A stretch of 63,743 bases of DNA, the filler included, from Octopus bimaculoides (Eukaryota), in assembly GCF_001194135.2 (NCBI RefSeq). It is 6 parts of 6 records of this genome, joined end to end, with 100 filler letters (N's around TTAATTAATTAA, not from the genome) between each part and the next. Parts side by side here need not be neighbours in the genome. Positions count along the whole stretch, not along the records: positions 12,148 to 30,695 come from NC_068982.1; positions 30,796 to 44,189 come from NC_069000.1; 4 more parts are not named here. The stretch is one strand, 5' to 3'. How positions within the stretch are numbered: the first letter of the stretch is position 1; every line of letters begins with the position of its first letter. Positions 22,253-34,388 of this stretch are shown one piece after another. Below the pieces are notes generated by a model that worked only from the letters and a program-made list of their open reading frames with translations, had not been told where the DNA came from and did not search any database. The position numbers and the translations under genes are program-made.

Positions 22253-23569
22253 TGCACACACGAATTAATGTAAATTCCCCAGAAACTCATGTTAGTGGTT
22301 TCCTCATTTCCTGACAAGGCTTCTATGGACACACGTCTTGCTGTTTCTAGAATACGAAACAATACTCCAGATACTTTCCAGGCGTTTTCTGACTATGTAG
22401 GAGAAACGTTTCCGCTTTTCTTTACTTACATATCTGTGCCTACCTTACATCCATCCTCATAAAACCGTTTGTTTCTTGTTGGGAATACGAGAGACGAACT
22501 GATGAACCATACGTCTCTCAGTTGGTTTTAGTGATGATAAACAAGATTGTGATGAGAAATAAGACGAGTTTATGATGATGTAATGAAAACGACGATGATG
22601 GAGATTATGATGATGTAATAAGAACAATGATGATGATAGTAGTTCTATTTGATTAAGGCTTTTTTTTACTACAAGAATTACTATAAAAATGTAAAGCAGA
22701 TATAAAAAATAGCAGCAAAACAAACGGAGTGTGGAAAGATACCAAAAGTAATCAGTCTCATTGTTTCTGTATTGTCTAAAACAGACGACAAATCTAATAC
22801 ACTGGTGGTTCAAATATTAGTATTGAAATTCTGTCATTATTATGGAATCCCGACGAGAAAAAAAGAAAAAAAAAGAAAGCAAAGAGGCAGACCAAATAAA
22901 GTAATAATGTTACTATGCCGTGGGACACACTACTTTTCACTGATAGAAAAATTCTATGCAGACGACACCATACTACTAACTTAGCTTATTCTTTCATACA
23001 TCATTGACACGCATATTCGACATTCACCAACAGTCGTGTATACTACCCAGGTATGTTGCTTTCGAAAATATCTTGAAATTATAATAAGTTCTACAAAGTA
23101 TTATCAAGATACTACTAAGTTATCCGCGAACAAAGACTTTGAGACCGATCACACCAAAACCGAGACATGCTAGATCTCATTAAACATGTATATAATCACA
23201 ATCTAAACAGACTTAGTCACAAATTCGCATCTTCACTATTCATGATCTTACAAAGCTAAAGCGACAAATGTCTTTACAAATTTCAGGTTTTACTTGTCAT
23301 TTTGATGGCAGTGGCATTAATACTATTGGTAATGATGTTGAAGTAGTAGTTGTAATAGTGTTGATGGAAGATATGGTGGTGGTAATAGTATTGGGGTGGT
23401 GGTCTTGTCGATCGTACAGCCTTTGTTTAACCGCCAGGTTGGGTCATCTGTTTTAATTTTGTATATTAAAAACTACACCAAGTAATATGTCCATCAATTT
23501 TCAAGAAGGTAGTATTTATTTTGAGGGAATTTGGTTACCACTTCTAGCAAACCGAGCAACTACATAGAG

Positions 23570-24690
23570 GTCCTCTTTTTGGCTTGTTGATTGTATAGTA
23601 ATTAGTGATAGTGATGATGGTTTTAATTTTGGATATTTATTGTTATGTTGTTAATGTGGTGGCAGTAATAGTGGTATTGCTGGTGGTGGTAATGGTGGCA
23701 GCAATCATGGTGAAGAAGGTTGTGGTCATGGCAACGGTGGTGGAGGTGATAGTGACAATGGTGATGATGGTAGTATGGTGATGGTGACCGTAGTGGTAGT
23801 GATAGTGACAATGGTTGTGGTGGTGGTGCCTGTAGCAGTAGTGAGAGCAACAATGGTGGTGTGGTATGTGATGGTGGTGACAATGGTGATATAGTGTGGG
23901 ACAGTGGTGGTGGTGGTGCCGGTGGTTGTAGTAGTAGTTGTTAGCTTAAGCAATAATGATTATGCTTGTGATATTGATCGTAGCGGCAGCGGCGGAGACA
24001 GAGGCGGTGGTATCGTCGGTGTGAGGCCATTAGTGACGACCAGGATAGTCAAAATGGTTGTAGCAGTGTGTGTCATTAGTAGTTGTAGATCGATGAGGAT
24101 GATAGCGAAGACGACAACAATGATGAGTACTGATGGCTATAGTAGTAGTGTGTCACGAGTAGTCATAGAACGATGTTGTTGCTGTTGTAGATGAGACGAT
24201 GATGATGATGAATACGATGATCATGTTAATGACAATGATGATGATGATGATGGTGCTGGCGAGGGTGAGGTTGATGATAATGATAATTACAATACTGATG
24301 GTGATGACGATGATGATGGTGATGATGATGTTGTTGATGTTCATAATGACGATGACGACGACGAGGACGAGGACGAGGACGATGATGACGATAATGATGA
24401 TGATGATGATGTCTCACAACCACTGCTGCTGGTTGTAGATAGAGGCATTACAGCATAGTGGTACTTTGGCGTAGTTCAGTAGAACTAAAATCCTCTGAGA
24501 TTTTCTCTCTACGACAGCCGGTAGATTCTAGATATACACAGCTCACCCACCCAACCTCAAAAACTTTTCTTCAATCCCACCATCGCCACCAGCAACAACA
24601 ACTGCAACGGCAGCAGTAGCAGCTACAGCAGCAAAATCAACAACTGCAACTGCAGAAACAACACCAACAACAATGGCAAACATCTAAAAA
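23570..24690. repeat. Cryptic trinucleotide low-complexity region (GTG/GTA/GAT, then CAA/CAG)
   Basis: Imperfect triplet runs that generate the poly-H/T/M/I ORFs in the track. Confidence 0.9.
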
Positions 24691-25059
24691 ATCATTTCAA
24701 TATTTCTATTCTTCTTTATAATTTTCCCTATCTTCTTCTTTATTATATTTTCTTGTTTTGCCCTGTTTTGTATTGTTGTTGTTGCAGCAGAATTTTCAGC
24801 AAGTAACTTTGGCATATGGCGCCAGGATAGCTGATGAAATCGAGCTTTTGTTGCCAAAAGTGTAGACTGTGCTGTTCCAATGCGAAGCTATTTATTGGTA
24901 AACCTGGAAACTAAATGATATAAGATGTGCTTGTGTATTTAGGTGTCTGTTGGAGGTAAATGATATAGAAGTACGTCACACATGTTTATACGCAAATATA
25001 CAAACATGCATTCATACAGTACTACACACATAATATACATGCATGAACACATACACATA

Positions 25060-25268
25060 CAGTAATCCCTCGACTATCGCGGGTGTTACGTTGCAAAATA
25101 CCCCGCGTTAGGTGAAAATCCGCGAAGCAGAAACAGTACTGTACAGTATATATTTTTTAATTATCTTTATAATTTGTATATATTTATTTTATTATAAATG
25201 CAAAAGAATACTACGGAGGAATCGACGTAAGCTTAAATAATAAACCACGATATAGCGAGGGATTACTG
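25060..25268. mobile_element. Tigger/pogo-type MITE (209 bp)
   Basis: TIRs cagtaatccctcgactatcgcgg / ccacgatatagcgagggattactg, with TA TSD on both sides (25058-59, 25269-70). Confidence 0.85.
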
Positions 25269-25442
25269 TATACACGCAAACATACATATATGCTATACTG
25301 TACCAGAGTATATATAGATTTTTACTCTATCTTCTATGTATGCAGAAATTTTGACAATTTGCCTTTTTACATACATAATAGACACATGTAAACAATTTGT
25401 TGTTTTATAAACAAATATATCTACGTTGAGAGAAAAGAATCA

Positions 25443-25484
25443 GCCGGTCTAGTTTCCATCCTATGTTAGGATTTCATCAGCGAC
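25443..25484 (-). ncRNA. Type I hammerhead-like motif, probably inactivated (U16.1 to A)
   Basis: Minus strand: GTCG - CTGATGA - a ATCCTA aca TAGGAT g - GAAA - CTAG - AC - CGGC. A T in place of the A at 25448 would give helix III ACTAGT and a GUC site. Confidence 0.6.
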
Positions 25485-26347
25485 AAAGTATCTTCTTTAA
25501 TTGTCTACTGAGAAGACTGTTTATAAATTCGCTGCTGCTTAGGACTTAAGTAATGTATTTACTCAAGAATGTGTTATTCTTGGCAGCTAATTTGATTAAT
25601 AAATTACTGTTAATACTGCTTTCTTTCAATGCTCTACTACCTATAATGAACTACAGAATTTCTCTCTCTCTGTTTGTCTGTCTATTTATCTACCTATCTC
25701 TATCTGTTAGTCTATCCTTACTGTGCACATAGACACTGCGTTCAAAGTACAAGGCTCTTTCTGCTGAACGAATTAACTCGCACAACCAACGAATGTAAGG
25801 AAATATAAATGAATCAAAGCAGTGCCTATTTTTTATAGCATTTTCATTGAGCTGTTTCTCTCTCTCAATCTGTTCCATTCGAGTTTGTAAAGACAGCCTA
25901 AACTAGTCGAATTGATACACAGTTCGTTCTTCAAAAAAGAGTCCGATGGAATAACCACGGGACTATTTGCGAAACGAAGGATAAATGCATGTTGATTAAA
26001 CGTGCACGGATAAATTAATTTGGAAACTTTTCCCAGACCACACTCTCTCAGTATTGTATGTATGTATATTATGTATGTATGTATGTGCGGTTCTGCGTGT
26101 ATGCATGCGATTGTATGTATACATCTACATCTATATACACTTGAGTACAGACACATGCATGCACATACACACATGCATAGATATATAATATATAATATAT
26201 ATAATTTGGAATTGTACTTGTCTGGTAAATAATTTGATTTGAGACCGTGTATTGAAACAAAAGCAATTAAAGCATGGAAAACAAATATTAGTCATCCAAA
26301 AACATTAAAAAAACTTCATTTATTTATTATTTATTGTCAAAATAGAC

Positions 26348-26568
26348 GACAAGCAGTTGGCAGAGTCTTTAGCAAGTCTCACAAAATGCTTGGCAGAATT
26401 TATCCCGGCTCTTTACACTTTGGCTTCAAATCCCACCGAGGTCAACTTTACTTTTCATCCTTTCGGGGTCGGCAAAATGACTACCAGTGGAGCTCTGGGG
26501 TCGATGTGAGCGACTAAATCCCTTTGATGAAAACTGGTGAGCTTGTGCCAAAATATGAAAGAATTATT
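26348..26568 (+). mobile_element. SINE family B
   Basis: gttggcagagtctttagc..cttcaaatcccaccgaggtcaactttacttttcatcctttcggggtcg..gcttgtgccaaaatatgaaa. Confidence 0.8.
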
Positions 26569-27908
26569 TTGTGCCAACATCTTTGTCGAGGTCCCTGAAG
26601 TCACGTGATGTGACTGAAACAATTACATGGTATGAGATAAATATTAAACATACAAAAATACAAGCAAAAACCTTCATTTAATCATCCATTTGTTTGGTGT
26701 TAACATTTTCGTCGCACTATCTGCAACGTGATCACTGACACAATTCCACTGCAACTGATCTGAGATCAAAATCCGAAATTCTGACTGATTCAACTAAGCT
26801 ACAAACATTCTTAGGAAGACTTACATGTTGCCTAAAGGAGATTGCAACTATGCAATAACTTCATTTCATAAAACACTACATCTCATTGAAAATTATCCAA
26901 AAGAGGTTGTCAGACGAGGTGATGTGGAACTGCGTCAGAGAATAGGTTACAAATTGTGCGACGATAATTTTGACAGTGAATAACAAATGATGAAATGAAG
27001 TTAACAGGTAGATTTTATGTGTTTTTTTTTATTACTTGTCTTTCATACTGTAATGTACACAAATTTGTGAGTTTAGAGGGATACATTATCCAGGTGTATA
27101 CCATATTGGCTCTCAGTTATGTTCCAGGTTACGGCTAACCAAAACGATTAGTATTTAACGTCTATGACTACTAAGAGTTGTCACTCACGCTGCAAATTCT
27201 TCCTATGGCTAATTCCGTCTTCGCTTCACTGGATGGTAATATTATCTGGAGTGTATATTAACAGTAATTATAACGATAGAGAAAATGGAGACTGGTACAT
27301 CCTCAAAATATATTCCCTTTTAGTTTACAATGTCATACAGCATATTTTTATGGTTATGACAACCTACACGTGTTTCCATTGCATAGAGTATGAGCAGTTG
27401 CATATGCAACCGGGCATAATTTTCTATGCAGCTTCGTTCAGGGTCTTCCAACCAGCTTGGTTCGAAGCGATGTATGTATGTATGTATGTATGTATGTATG
27501 TATGTATGTATGTATGTATGCATGCATGTATATGTATATATNNNNNNNNNNNNNNNNNNNNNNNNNNNNNNNNNNNNNNNNNNNNNNNNNNNNNNNNNNN
27601 NNNNNNNNNNNNNNNNNNNNNNNNNNNNNNNNNNNNNNNNNNNNNNNNNNNNNNNNNNNNNNNNNNNNNNNNNNNNNNNNNNNNNNNNNNNNNNNNNNNN
27701 NNNNNNNNNNNNNNNNNNNNNNNNNNNNNNNNNNNNNNNNNNNNNNNNNNNNNNNNNNNNNNNNNNNNNNNNNNNNNNNNNNNNNNNNNNNNNNNNNNNN
27801 NNNNNNNNNNNNNNNNNNNNNNNNNTAAATAAGTATTAATAAGCAATGTTAAATCTCTGAACGAGGTGTTAACAGTAACTGCACGATAAAGTGAAGTATA
27901 TTTGCCAT

Positions 27909-28175
27909 TTAAATGTGGCTGACCCCTAAGGGTGGATGTTACTGTTGCCAAGGGATTGTCATTCTCATCAAAGGTCGGCGATTATCGTACGCTGAAGAAG
28001 GGAAATAACCCTGAAACTCGGGTCCGTACGTATCGCAGATCAAGATGGGAAGGATAACTTCCCTTGGCAAAAATAGACAGGACACAGATATGTGTCGATA
28101 AGCCAGCTGGAGGAGATGTTCTCCTGGGGCTAAAAGCAACAGTAACATCCACCCTTAGGGGTCAGCCACATTTAA
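27909..28175. mobile_element. 267-bp element with perfect 40-bp terminal inverted repeats enclosing a hammerhead ribozyme
   Basis: ttaaatgtggctgacccctaagggtggatgttactgttgc (27909-27948) is the exact reverse complement of 28136-28175. Confidence 0.8.
27978..28036 (+). ncRNA. Type I hammerhead ribozyme, canonical core, extended helix I
   Basis: GCGAT tat CGTACG - CTGAAGA - AGGG aaataa CCCT - GAAA - CTCGGG - TC - CGTACG t ATCGC. All core nucleotides are present; GUC cleavage predicted after 28024. Confidence 0.9.
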
Positions 28176-29007
28176 GTATTAATAGTTTAACCGCTCTGCC
28201 AAAAATTGTATGAAAATTAGTGTAACGTGATAGTGGAGTTCTTGTTTGTATTGGATTTAAATAGAAAACACAATGTAGTTCACTTGGTGAGCAGAAAGAG
28301 GAAGGGTTACTTGTTCTCTTATGGATTGTTAACAGACTGTGAACCTTTTTTACGACAATATCCTTCATTGTTCAGTGCATGAAAAGAAGAGCAAATTGCA
28401 TTCACATCTGATTAGATTTTTACATTGAAAGCTTGTAGTTGTCTTAAAATTAGCATTAGGTTTCTATTAAACGTTGTGCTGTGTGTATGTGTGTGAGTGT
28501 GTGTGCGTGTGTAATAATAATTTTGCTGTTTTGACTCCGCAAAATATACATCGTGTGTTGCTTTAAAATAAAAATGCAAAGAGACCCTTTATTTCACTGG
28601 GTTTGAAATGCATACTGTGCATTCTCATTGGTTGTTATCTTTCCATTATTACTCTGACTGTATGTTTGTTTCTAGTTGCGTTTGTAGGTCTTATCATGTA
28701 AATGTATTTGTTCTTACTGTATTCTTTTCAACTGTTTACTGTATATATGACAGCATCTTTATGTAGGAGTATTTATTTGAACGGTTTAACATATGTATGT
28801 GCATGTTACCCTGTGTTAATATGTTCGGTGTAGCTATTTACATGTAGACGCTTATTCATTCATATGCCTACTGGGACTCACTCTAACTATTAAAAATGAA
28901 ACGCATAATACTATTTGAAGAAAAAATAAAAGAAATTAAAATGCAAATAGAAAGAATATGTTTCTTTTAATTAGGATTTCATTTTCTCTGTAAATGAATA
29001 ATCTTAG

Positions 29008-29050
<43 letters not shown>

Positions 29051-29124
29051 CAAAATTATCAATAAAATTAGCTTGCATAAACTAATATTATGCTCAAAGT
29101 ACTATTTTAAGGGAAAATTTGAAT

Positions 29125-29520
29125 AAAAATGAAATGTCAATGGAAAACCTTCCCTGGAAATCAGTTATATATGCAGTCAACGTTTTGTCTTACATTAATC
29201 CAGATGGCATTGATTATAAAGGAATGATAGCGAGCGAATTTAAGGGTCGGTTTCCTCTACATAATTATACATCAAAGCAGTACAAAGAAAATTAAGCACA
29301 CATTGGTCTATATATATGGTTTTGAAAAGCTGTGCTATACCCAATATTATTAAATGCCAACTTTTAGTTAATGAAAGCAATAAAAATTCTTCTGTCATCT
29401 TTCATTTCCTGGACAAGTTCCGATTTTGAAACATTAAAAGAAAATATTAAATTTGTGGAAGAAAAAAAATCTCTTAATGCCCTCATATCCTTAGGTATCT
29501 GCATGAATAACTTAACGGGA
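29125..29520 (+). mobile_element. Heavily decayed Penelope-like GIY-YIG C-terminal fragment (different subfamily)
   Basis: KSVIYAVNV..DYKGMIASEFKGRFPLH..YIWF*K..TLKENIKF..SLNALISLGICMNN, matching the VIY..Y.G....FK.R..H...YIW.LK..L.EK..I...LN..EL..C.H.N pattern. Confidence 0.55.
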
Positions 29521-29704
29521 TATCAATAAATGTAGTACAAAAGTTGAACAGAACAATATTTCCCCTTCGTTTTAATTTTCATTCATATAGTATTTTTCAC
29601 ATAATTAGTATTACTTTAATAAATTGATAATTACCTACATATGAAACAATGGTATCCTAGTGGAAAGTAAAATAAATCCCCCGTTGCTTTTTCTTTTCAT
29701 TATA

Positions 29705-30172
29705 CAGGTCGTCGTCCACTTACGACCTATCCGACTTACGACCGATCGACTTTACGATGATCGGCGCGCCATTTCCCGGCAGCAATAAATACTCCAGTTG
29801 AAATTTAATGGGTTTAATTTCTTAGAAATCAACCCGTCTACGGATGACGTCAGCTAACAAACGCTTCCCCTAGGTTTGGTTATCGATCGCCACTGTGGTT
29901 ATCCTGAGTGATGGATGAATATCCTGTCACGGAGACTGCGAGGCAACTTCGTATTTGTTTATAAGACGGCTGCTGGAGACTCCGAAACTTTTGACTAACG
30001 CCTGTATAATAGTATAATACAAAATGCTGTTTGTGACTTTTACAAGGGAATGTACCTTAAGAATGTAAAAATATAAAACAAAGCTACGTAGGCCTATAGG
30101 CCGACTTACCACCAAATCTACTTACGACCAGTAAGTTGGAACCAGTTGTGGTCGTAAGTCGACGACGACCTG
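29705..30172. mobile_element. Tigger/pogo-type MITE (468 bp)
   Basis: 23-bp TIRs caggtcgtcgtccacttacgacc (29705-29727) and ggtcgtaagtcgacgacgacctg (30150-30172), one mismatch; TA on the left, CA on the right; subterminal gacttacgac repeats. Confidence 0.9.
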
Positions 30173-30650
30173 CATTTCATTTCCTCTTTAAACGGTATCA
30201 CGTGATATATTAGCAATAAAGTTAAACTGATACTGCCTTGATGAACTGTTAGCTTAGAAGTCGTTAGCTCGAAATTATGTCAGACATAAATGAAAACATA
30301 CACCTTTGCTGCCTTATCTTCTCAGAAAAAAGCCGTCTCACATTAGTGAGACATCCGTACTTCATTGGATTTATGTGACAAAAGATAGTACAACACATTT
30401 GCTACTCTCTCGATCGATTTCCCAGTGACTGGCACTACATATGACTGGTACTATTTACACTGTCAGTTTTGTGTCAGAGTATCATTCTCCTAGAAGAGTT
30501 GTCTTCCCTTCGGTTTTGCCAAATATAACGGGAGACTTCTCTACTCCTGGGAAATCTATTTAATTCATAGATTGGACCTTTACAGATACTACTATTCCGA
30601 GTCAAAACGAGACTGGGAGTGATGGTAATTAAGGGGTGACTCTACGCTTA

Positions 30651-30695
<45 letters not shown>

Positions 30696-30795
30696 NNNNN
30701 NNNNNNNNNNNNNNNNNNNNNNNNNNNNNNNNNNNNNNNTTAATTAATTAANNNNNNNNNNNNNNNNNNNNNNNNNNNNNNNNNNNNNNNNNNNN

Positions 30796-30839
<44 letters not shown>

Positions 30840-31903
30840 GGAGAGAGAGAGAGAGAGAGAGATAGATAGAGAGAGAAGATGGGAGAGAGTGAGAGACAGT
30901 GAAACATACTGAGAGTAAAGAAGTTGTGGGTAAAGAAACTGCGCTGCTTTCCGATAAGAAATACATGAAAATGTATTCAGTGGTATATTGTAATGTATAG
31001 AATAACTTACCTACGATGAACATCCGTGCATACATATATATATATGCATGAATGCGCAGACGTAAGTATGTTTTTCTGTGTGTGTGTGTCCGTATGTATC
31101 ATAGTTTAGACAATAAAATGTAGTGTGATTATTAGTGACACGAAACGATGAGTCGTAAAACTGAGCTGTCATTATTCATACACAATTACATACATGCACA
31201 CATACATACGTCTGCGCATTCATGCATATATACATACACACACGTATATATACATTATGTGTATGAGTTTGTGTGTGGGCAAGCAGGTATACTTTTATAT
31301 TTTGTTGTGAATGAGAGAGAAACAATAAGAACGAATGATGAATGTGTTATAACACTGCAGAATAAGAATGAAAAAGAAAATTCATTTGAAACAATTTTAT
31401 TTAAGCATTAAAATCAAAATTGGTAAATCAATTGAATTTTGAATACAATACGTTCAACACTTAGATTTCAAGTTGCTTAGTTAAATAAAACTCTTCTCTC
31501 TAAATTCCGATATTTGTATTGTTTCAGCTAAACACCAGATTTTGTCTGCAATGAAAACATTAAAAAAATGAAGCAGTGAATTTATGATTTTATTATATAA
31601 TTTTCTTGTTGTTCCATATACAAATATCGTTACAGAACTTATTGAAATTCAGAAACAAAAGAGAAATTAGAGGAAAACAGAAGTTCTTCTTCAAGAGAAA
31701 TTTTTGATAACTTAGTCATAATATTGAAAAATAAAAAGAAGAAACAGTAAAAGGTGAAAATTATAAGAGTGATAAATCTTCATTTCAAAAGTAAGGTAAC
31801 GAAAGTTTGTCATTAAATCCTTTGCACGTAAAATAAAGAAAAAAAATAACACGTTATAAAATCAAATATCTTTCTGACAAACTCACCCTCTATATTGATA
31901 TTT

Positions 31904-31904
<1 letters not shown>

Positions 31905-31986
<82 letters not shown>

Positions 31987-31992
31987 CCTGTT

Positions 31993-32023
<31 letters not shown>

Positions 32024-32048
32024 TTAACCTACTATGTATGTATGTATG

Positions 32049-32103
<55 letters not shown>
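31905..32103. repeat. (TATC)n / (TA)n / (TATG)n compound microsatellite
   Basis: Directly visible. Confidence 0.95.
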
Positions 32104-32104
<1 letters not shown>

Positions 32105-33551
32105 CGCGTCTTTCAATAGACTCTATCCATGTCAGATTTGTATTGCTGGTTACATATTTTTTTAAACGGTTTGACTTTATGAAAGCGCACACTTCAATAT
32201 AATCGTTACAATGATATTTTAAAGAGGTTAAACATCAAGTTTTTTACTGATCTTTAATAGAAATTTTCTGTTTCAGAAGAATACCGATTCATTAACGTTA
32301 ATTTTATATCAATAATTATGCTTCTTGTCATTTATTTTTTTCGTATGCTTTGCGTTCTTTCTTCTGATAAAATTCTATATTCACATTGCAGAGGATAAGA
32401 AGTATCTCATATTTACATCTAAGTCAGCGTTAGTCATGGTTTTATTACTATTAGTCTTATCATTCGTGAATACTAAAATCGAATGCCAACATACACATGC
32501 ATAGCTATATGTATATGCATAATCAATGCATATGTTTTTATGTATGCACGTGTGTATATAGCCCTACATGTATCTGTGTGTGAGTGTGTGTGTATGTGTT
32601 TATATATGTATATATATATCGTTGCTATTATATTAAACTGTCGTATGTCCAAATTTGGCCGAATGCGTTTTTTTTTTCAATATTTATTTTTGCTTCCAAA
32701 AGCCGGTTCTTTTGGTCAAACTATCGTATCTCCAGATGCTTCAGATGCCAAGATATCACAAATTGTCACAGTGTAGTACAACGGTTTTGCTATGAAATGG
32801 TGAAACCGATTTTCGTTTTATGAAAAAGCAACGTTTTGGACTTAGGTGTAGATCTAGACTCCTACAATATTTTGGACGCTATCATGGACGCCAGTGAGAA
32901 TTTCTTTTGGTTTGACGCGGCCTAAGGAATGTTAGCGCAGCTTAATATCAGATAACAGTTTAAATGTGTGCTGGGAAGATCTTTTATTGGCATTGAAAGA
33001 CATTAGGAGAAACAATGAAATCTCACTTCGTTCACCTGCCGCAGAACAACGTACGAAATATATTCGACACATACGTGGGACTGAGTATCATGTTAAATAG
33101 TGTTTTTGAGTTACGAAATATGCGCTTTTACATTGAGAAATAGAATAGAAGTTCAGCTTAAACAATAAATACAAGGCTAAAGTGATGTGAATTCCTTCAC
33201 AATACTTTCATAGTTTCAATACCAGTTGACTAATAAAATTGCCACATCTCTGTTGTGTATGAAATTATTTGTCATATATTCTGATTTTGCATAGGTTTTG
33301 ATATGTAAATAAAAATAAACACCAGTGCAATGGTCTATTATATTAAACTTTGCTTTAGGCATTCTAAAAATCGTATTCACTACCAAAGGATTATGTTCAA
33401 ATCTTTATATAAAGTATATAAGATCAGAATGAAATAAGCATGTTTTTTTGTTTGTTTGTTCACATATGATTTCGTAGAGAAAATTTCAATATTGCGTAGA
33501 AAACATTATTTACAGACAAAAGCATGCATGCAAATTCAGACTATCCAAACA

Positions 33552-33611
<60 letters not shown>

Positions 33612-34219
33612 AATTCTATTCTTTTCTATTTATCAATCTCTCCACACACACGCACACACACATTCATACATATAGACACGTTAGTAACCAACTCTCAAAT
33701 CAGTTTTGAATATAATATTGGTTGATAAATAATGTATTTCAATTTAAAAATTTCGTCAAACAATATTCTACTTATTAAAACTACTGCACGTCTCCTTTCT
33801 AAAGAAAGATTTACTTTAATCTGTACCATGGAAGGTATTAAGACAAAATGGATAGAACCTTGCACAGAAACTTTATTTATAATCCATACACGGTAGAAGA
33901 TAAAATTTTATAAAAAAACCTACTGGAGCACCATGCTATTAAAGTGATGGATGATTATCCTAATATATTCAGAAATTCAATACTACTATTCAACAAAATA
34001 AACCAAAGAAACAAACCAGTTGATGGTCCTGCAGTTGAGGCAATAAGCCATTAATAACTGTGGTGGCTGGTCATGTGACAAAAGTTAAACACTACAAGTG
34101 CAATGGTTGGCCGTTTCCACAAACATGTATAGATATTTTGTCAAACGCATTGGGAAAAATATCCAACCTGGTAAATTTTGATGTTATTTGAAACTGTTGA
34201 CAATACATTCGCAAGGTTA

Positions 34220-34388
34220 AAACGGCAAGCTGGCAGAATCGGTAGCACGCCTGGAATGATGCTTAGTGACATTTTATCCGTCTTTCCATTCAGCGTTCAG
34301 ATGACATCGAGGTCGACTTTTCCTCTCATCCTCTCGTGATTGGTAAAATAAGTACCAGTTGAACACCGGGGTCGATGTAATAGACTTA
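34220..34388 (+). mobile_element. SINE family B, 3'-truncated
   Basis: ggcaagctggcagaatcggtagcacgcc..gaggtcgacttttcctctcatcc..aaaataagtaccagttgaacaccggggtcgatgtaatagactta. Confidence 0.8.

Noticed and set aside
23623-24438. His-, Thr- and Met-rich ORFs resembling histidine-rich or mucin-like proteins
   Set aside because: They arise on both strands from imperfect GTG/GAT triplet runs; no splice structure or unique domain.
27939-28148. 69-aa minus-strand ORF inside the inverted-repeat element
   Set aside because: Starts at a non-ATG codon within the TIR region and has no homology I recognise; the segment is better explained by RNA structure on the plus strand.
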